Assembly: GCA_027021705.1 (NCBI GenBank)
Contig: JALUTT010000178.1
Location: 1 to 21,474, forward strand
From: Anaerolineae bacterium
GTDB taxonomy: Bacteria > Chloroflexota > Anaerolineae > S140-20
Direction: 5' to 3'
DNA length: 21,474 bases
Both the position numbers and the translations under genes were made by a program. Of this stretch, positions 17,489 through 21,474 are shown in pieces (position 1 is the stretch's first letter; each line of letters starts with the position of its first letter). The notes under the pieces were generated by a model. That model ran no database searches and was not told where the DNA came from. It saw only the letters and a list, made by a program, of their open reading frames with translations.

Positions 17489-20400
17489 TCAGAGGGAACG
17501 GGCCACCACCAGACGGAACCCGATGAACCTGAGGAGGACGTCCGGGTTGTACCAGTCGCGGCACGCGCAGCGGACGAGCCTTGCATAGGCGCTGAACGAG
17601 CCGCCGCGCGAGATGCGGGGAACATCGGATCCTGCTTCCAGGTCCTCCCGCCCGTCCGCCGGGTCATAGGGATAGCTTTTCCAATGGCTGCGCGTCCACT
17701 CCCACACGTTCCCGCTCAGGTCCTCCACGCCGTAGGGGCTGGCCCCGCCGGGGAAGCAGCCCACGGCGCAGGTGTCGCCGATGCCGGTCTTGCTGTAGTT
17801 GGCCCGGTTGGGGTCCGGTTCCTCCCCCCACGGATACACCCTTGCCCCTTCCCTCCCCCCTCGCGCCGCCTTCTCCCATTCCGCCTCCGAGGGCAGCGTG
17901 ACCACCCATCCCTCCTCGCGCAGCAGCGTCCGCAGCGGCTCCGGCGTCCCCTCCCACTCCCGGAGCCGCTCCGTCAGCCAGTCGCAGTACCGGATCGCCT
18001 CGTACCAGGTGACGTACCGCACCGGGTGGTTGTCGGGGTCACGCAGGCTGTCCTCGTCCTTTGGCCTGTGGCCGCTCGCCTCCACGAAGGCCCGCCACTG
18101 GGCCACCGTCACCGGGTAGCGTCCGATGTAGTAGTCCGGCAGGCGGACCTCGTGTTGGGGCTTTTCGTCATCGTAGGCCATCTCATCGTCGTCGCCGCTG
18201 CCCATCAGGAAGGGGCCGGCGGGGATGTGCACGAAGCCCAGCAGGTCATCGTGGGGCAGGAACCAGGCGTCGGGGCGGAAGCGGGGGTCGCCCAGGCGGG
18301 CCAGGGCGCGGCCGGCGGCGGCCCGCAGGGGCGGTTTCACCCTCTGCCAGTCGCGCATGGTCGCCAACAGCGCCTGCACCACCCGCTCCTTGCAGGCCGA
18401 GGTCACGCCGCCGGGCCAGGAATCCACCACCGCGTCTCCGACCAGCACCGCCGCCTGCCCCGGCTCTCCCGGCTCGCGCTCCAGAAGCGCCAGCACCACA
18501 TCCCCCGCCACCTCGTCCCATTGCTGCACGATCCCCAGGTAGCCGATGGTCAGCAAGGAGACCTCACGCCAGGCCGGTTCGCCCACGTGCTCTGCCAGGA
18601 TCTCCACGATGGGCCGGATGTCGCGCTGTCCCAGGCGGGCGATGCCCACCGCCGCCAGGTACTCCTCGAAAGTCAGGTGGATGAAGCCGTACCGCCCCGC
18701 CCCGCGCTCCAGGAGCAGCCCGGCGTACTCCCGCACGTCGTTCAGGAAGCGGAGAGCAGCCCGCTCGGGGTCATCCTCCCCTCGCTCGCGGTAGATGCGC
18801 TCCAGCTCGCGCTGCAGGTCGCCCCGCTTGACCAGCCCCACGCCGGGGCTGACGGTGTGCATCCACAGGGCCAGCGGGGCCAGCACGCGCACCGTCTCCA
18901 CCACGTCCAGGTCCCGTGCCGGAGGCCGCCCCAATCCCCGCGCCCGGTTCCAGGTGGAGAGCAGGGTGCGGACGTACTGGTCGTACACTTCCACCCGCCG
19001 TTCCGGCAGGGTCACCCCCTGGCGTTTCATCAGGGCCAGGATGGTGAGGAGGAGGGGGTTGGCGGCCAATGCACGCACGCCGGGATTGCGCCGTATCGCC
19101 TCCAGCAGCTCCTCCCGTTCCCGCTGCGCCTCCCTGCCCGCTTCCTGCGTCTCGCCTCGCGCCTCTTTCTCCAGCGCCGCCGTCCACTTGGTGACGAAGG
19201 CTTCGATCTGGGCGTCGTCGAAGTCCTCCAGCATACACTCCACCAGCCCTTCCGCCACCGGGCGCACCTCGCGGTAACCGACCACGCGGCTGGTCATCAC
19301 GAAACGGTTGCCCATCTGGCGGTGGAAGGAGTAGAAGGCTGCCACCCGTTCGGCCACCGTCTGGCGCAGGCCGATCTCCCGCACCTCGTCCAGCCCGTCG
19401 AGGAGGATCAACGCACCCCCCTCGGCCAACGCCTCTCGCAGCATCGCGTCGAGCGGCACATCCGCTCCCAGGTCGTGGAAGTAGCGGACGATGAAGTCGT
19501 CCAGGCGCACGTCCCGCTCCTCCAGCGCGTTGGCGTAGGCGGAGAGGGGCACCAGCAGCGGAAGCCGCGCTCCCAGCCCCAGGTCGTCACCGCTGGCCAG
19601 GTGCAGGGTCAGGTACTTGAGGAAGGTGGTCTTGCCGGAGCCGGGGTCGCCCAGGATGATCAACCCGTCGCTCCGGCGGAGGATGTCCAGCAGGGGCTGC
19701 GACTCACCCATCCGCCCGCCGATGGCCTCCCGCTCCTCTTCGGGCAATTCCCGCCCGGCCACCCGCAGGTGTCGCGGCCAGGTCTCTCCCTCCGGCGTGG
19801 AGACGCGGGCTTGGAGGGGAACGTACATCTCCAGCAACGGCAGCCGCAGCGGAACGCGGTCGGAGATGCCCATACCCTTGAAGTCGAGGTAGCGGTAGCG
19901 GGCCACGAGCGCTCTCAGGTAGTGGTCGGTGGCGCGGCGCAGTTCCTCGGCCGGCGGCCGGCGACGGATGGCCCGCCACAGGCGGTCGGGGTCGGCGGTG
20001 ATGATGACATCGCGCCCGGCGACCACGGCGAGGCTACCGTCGCCGGTGGCAACGGCGCTACCGCGCACATCCCCGCCCACGGCCACCGCACGATCCTGCG
20101 CCAGGACCTCCCGGTAGGAGGCCAGGTTGCCCAGGCGGGCCAGCTCCTCCCGCAGCGTCTCGGTGAACCACCGGCGGTCGGATTCGTCCAGCCCGTCGCG
20201 GGCCAGCGCCACGACCTCCAGTTGCTTCAGCACCGTGTCCAGTTCTTCTCGCAACGGAGCGCTCTCCTCGGCGGCCTGGGCCAGCTTCCGGGCTGCGTCC
20301 GTCTCGTCCTTCCAGGACTGGATCTGGTTCGCCAGCAGGTTGCTCCCCACGCCGGCGACGACGCCGCCCAGGGCCATCAGCGCGGCCCACTCCCCCTGGC

Positions 20401-20551
20401 GTACCGCCTCGACCACCGGCCAGAGGGTCATCGCCGAGAGGAAGGCGTACAGGGAGGTCACGCCGGCGGCGCGGGCTTGCTCCCAACGGGTTCGCCATCC
20501 TTCCAGCCGCTGCGCCACCTCCTCACGCCAGGTCCGAAGGTCGAACGCCAT
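17489..20551 (-). CDS. NACHT (STAND) NTPase with a C-terminal FGE-sulfatase/C-type-lectin-fold domain; NLR-like, probable DGR target
   Basis: Walker A GDPGSGKTT, Walker B LILLDGLDE, MTSR, NPLLL, FIHLTFEEYLAA; C-terminal [54 protein letters not shown] before ATG 20551; about 1020 aa. Confidence 0.92.
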   Translation of the reverse strand: MAFDLRTWREEVAQRLEGWRTRWEQARAAGVTSLYAFLSAMTLWPVVEAVRQGEWAALMALGGVVAGVGSNLLANQIQSWKDETDAARKLAQAAEESAPLREELDTVLKQLEVVALARDGLDESDRRWFTETLREELARLGNLASYREVLAQDRAVAVGGDVRGSAVATGDGSLAVVAGRDVIITADPDRLWRAIRRRPPAEELRRATDHYLRALVARYRYLDFKGMGISDRVPLRLPLLEMYVPLQARVSTPEGETWPRHLRVAGRELPEEEREAIGGRMGESQPLLDILRRSDGLIILGDPGSGKTTFLKYLTLHLASGDDLGLGARLPLLVPLSAYANALEERDVRLDDFIVRYFHDLGADVPLDAMLREALAEGGALILLDGLDEVREIGLRQTVAERVAAFYSFHRQMGNRFVMTSRVVGYREVRPVAEGLVECMLEDFDDAQIEAFVTKWTAALEKEARGETQEAGREAQREREELLEAIRRNPGVRALAANPLLLTILALMKRQGVTLPERRVEVYDQYVRTLLSTWNRARGLGRPPARDLDVVETVRVLAPLALWMHTVSPGVGLVKRGDLQRELERIYRERGEDDPERAALRFLNDVREYAGLLLERGAGRYGFIHLTFEEYLAAVGIARLGQRDIRPIVEILAEHVGEPAWREVSLLTIGYLGIVQQWDEVAGDVVLALLEREPGEPGQAAVLVGDAVVDSWPGGVTSACKERVVQALLATMRDWQRVKPPLRAAAGRALARLGDPRFRPDAWFLPHDDLLGFVHIPAGPFLMGSGDDDEMAYDDEKPQHEVRLPDYYIGRYPVTVAQWRAFVEASGHRPKDEDSLRDPDNHPVRYVTWYEAIRYCDWLTERLREWEGTPEPLRTLLREEGWVVTLPSEAEWEKAARGGREGARVYPWGEEPDPNRANYSKTGIGDTCAVGCFPGGASPYGVEDLSGNVWEWTRSHWKSYPYDPADGREDLEAGSDVPRISRGGSFSAYARLVRCACRDWYNPDVLLRFIGFRLVVARSL
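17522..17593 (-). other. Putative DGR variable region VR1
   Basis: 24 codons between RGGSF and GFR; differ from the paralog almost only at codon positions 1-2. Confidence 0.7.
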
Positions 20552-20588
20552 TGCCGCTCCCCTCCTTGTCTCACTCAGGTAACTGTTC

Positions 20589-20686
20589 ACCCTCCCGCAG
20601 GTTAGGCGCGTTTCCGACGCGAAGCTGTGCTTCCAATAGCCCATCGGGGCTGAGAGCGCCCTCGACCGGTGACCTGCGGGAGGGTA
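20589..20686. repeat. 14-bp perfect inverted repeat plus a 38-bp dispersed repeat shared with 15838..15875
   Basis: ACCCTCCCGCAGGT (20589-20602) and ACCTGCGGGAGGGT (20672-20685). GCTGA(A/G)AGCGCCCTCGACCGGTGACCTGCGGGAGGGTA is 37/38 identical at 15838 and 20649. Confidence 0.8.
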
Positions 20687-20927
20687 GGCTCTCTCGGAAC
20701 AACCCCGCCGGAGCGCTGAATCCCTGGGCCCTTGGAATCCCTGACCCACTGAAGGGGGTGAAGGCACGGATTCAGTGGCCTCATCGTCCTCAGCGATTCA
20801 GGGATTCAGGAGCCGCTGCCGGGCGCGGTTTGTCATTCGTGCATTCGTGTCCATTCGTGGACGGCCCGCCGGGGTGATGAAGGCACCGAGCCTCCCTTCT
20901 CGACTCCGGCCTCCGAAGGTCCGGCGT

Positions 20928-21474
20928 TCAGAGGGAACGGGCCACCACCAAGCGGAACCCGCTGATGTTCCAGGGGAGGTCCGGGTTGAGCCTGAGGCGG
21001 CACGCGCAGCGGACGTTCCCTGCATCGTTGAGGAACGACCCACCGCGCACCACCCGGAGGATGTCAGGCCCGGCCTCCAAGTCCTCCCGCCCGTCCGCCG
21101 GGTTGTAGGGGTAACCCTTCCAATGGCTGCGCGTCCACTCCCACACGTTCCCGCTCAGGTCCTCCACGCCGTAGGGGCTGGCCCCGCCGGGAAAGCAGCC
21201 CACGGCGCAGGGGCCGCCGATGCCGGTCTTGCCGTAGTTGGCCCGGTTGGGGTCCGGTTCCTCCCCCCACGGATACACCCTTGCCCCTTGCCCCCTGCCC
21301 CTTGCAACTTGTCCCTTGCCCCTTGCCCCTTGCCCCTTGCCCCTTGCTCCTTGCCCCTTGCCTCTTGTGGCTTGCAACTTGCCCCTTACCCCTTCCCTCC
21401 CCCCTCGCGCCGCCTTCTCCCATTCCGCCTCCGAGGGCAGCGTGACCACCCATCCCTCCTCGCGCAGCAGCGTC
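20928..21474 (-). CDS. 3' end of a second FGE-sulfatase/CLec-domain protein (5' part beyond the window); probable DGR target
   Basis: [13 protein letters not shown]...YPWG...DLSGNVWEW...RGGSF...[10 protein letters not shown]; near-identical to 17489..17930 apart from a 105-nt insertion and the C-terminal region. Confidence 0.9.
   Translation of the reverse strand, partial: TLLREEGWVVTLPSEAEWEKAARGGREGVRGKLQATRGKGQGARGKGQGARGKGQVARGRGQGARVYPWGEEPDPNRANYGKTGIGGPCAVGCFPGGASPYGVEDLSGNVWEWTRSHWKGYPYNPADGREDLEAGPDILRVVRGGSFLNDAGNVRCACRLRLNPDLPWNISGFRLVVARSL
20961..21032 (-). other. Putative DGR variable region VR2
   Basis: Aligns without gaps to 17522..17593; 14 of 24 codons differ, all non-synonymously. 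Confidence 0.7.
21284..21388. repeat. In-frame 15x7-bp (CCCCTTG consensus) array inside the CDS
   Basis: 105-nt insertion relative to the paralog (offset 3439 at the stop codons, 3544 at the window end); encodes 35 aa of (ARGKGQG)-like repeats. Confidence 0.92.

Noticed and set aside
17489..18260. True formylglycine-generating enzyme or sulfatase-maturation function
   Set aside because: The domain is fused to a NACHT NTPase, has a hypervariable C-terminus, and no sulfatase gene is nearby. A ligand-binding CLec role is more plausible.
17684..20605. Long antisense or alternate-frame ORFs (973 aa here; also 1095..2516, 7342..8880, 7470..9143, 10018..11610, 13821..14888, 15922..17346)
   Set aside because: Shadow ORFs of high-GC genes; they overlap well-supported CDSs and show no recognisable motifs.
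20552..20767. N-terminal ORF extensions (NACHT to 20767; also lepA from 933, 5-FCL from 12304, pyrD from 14765, secreted protein from 17667)
   Set aside because: The extensions cross repeats or neighbouring genes, while downstream ATGs have RBS-like motifs and match family N-termini.
20961..21032. Second copy acting as the template repeat for the first
   Set aside because: Many mismatches fall on non-A bases of this copy (e.g. CTC vs AGC, GAC, TAC) and it ends an intact CDS, so both copies look like variable regions.

Overview
High-GC bacterial DNA, most likely Chloroflexota (Anaerolineae-like); this is inferred from two secreted proteins ending in the YLPLV(L) motif and from dense intergenic 7-8-mer arrays. 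Left to right: the 5' end of an IS630-like transposase, a 3x92-bp GTAG-REP array, a truncated Rpn-family ORF, lepA, a DUF2007-like gene, a zinc-ribbon gene broken by one in-frame TAG, a REC-4xGAF histidine kinase, a secreted beta-helix/PKD-repeat protein, and a minus-strand pyrD/pyrK/5-FCL/pyrC cluster split by an antisense DUF2442-HicB/HicA toxin-antitoxin module. Next come an orphan RHH antitoxin, a 542-bp non-autonomous element (14-bp TIRs, 9-bp TSD) inserted at a -10 box, a second secreted beta-helix protein, and two tandem genes ending in FGE-sulfatase/C-type-lectin domains (one is a complete NACHT/NLR-like protein, the other is cut by the window edge). Main finding: the last 24 variable codons of the two CLec genes differ in the pattern expected of diversity-generating retroelement (DGR) variable regions (22 differences, 20 at codon positions 1-2, none synonymous). 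No template repeat or reverse transcriptase is visible in the window, so a DGR remains an inference. The second gene also carries an in-frame 15x7-bp repeat expansion.
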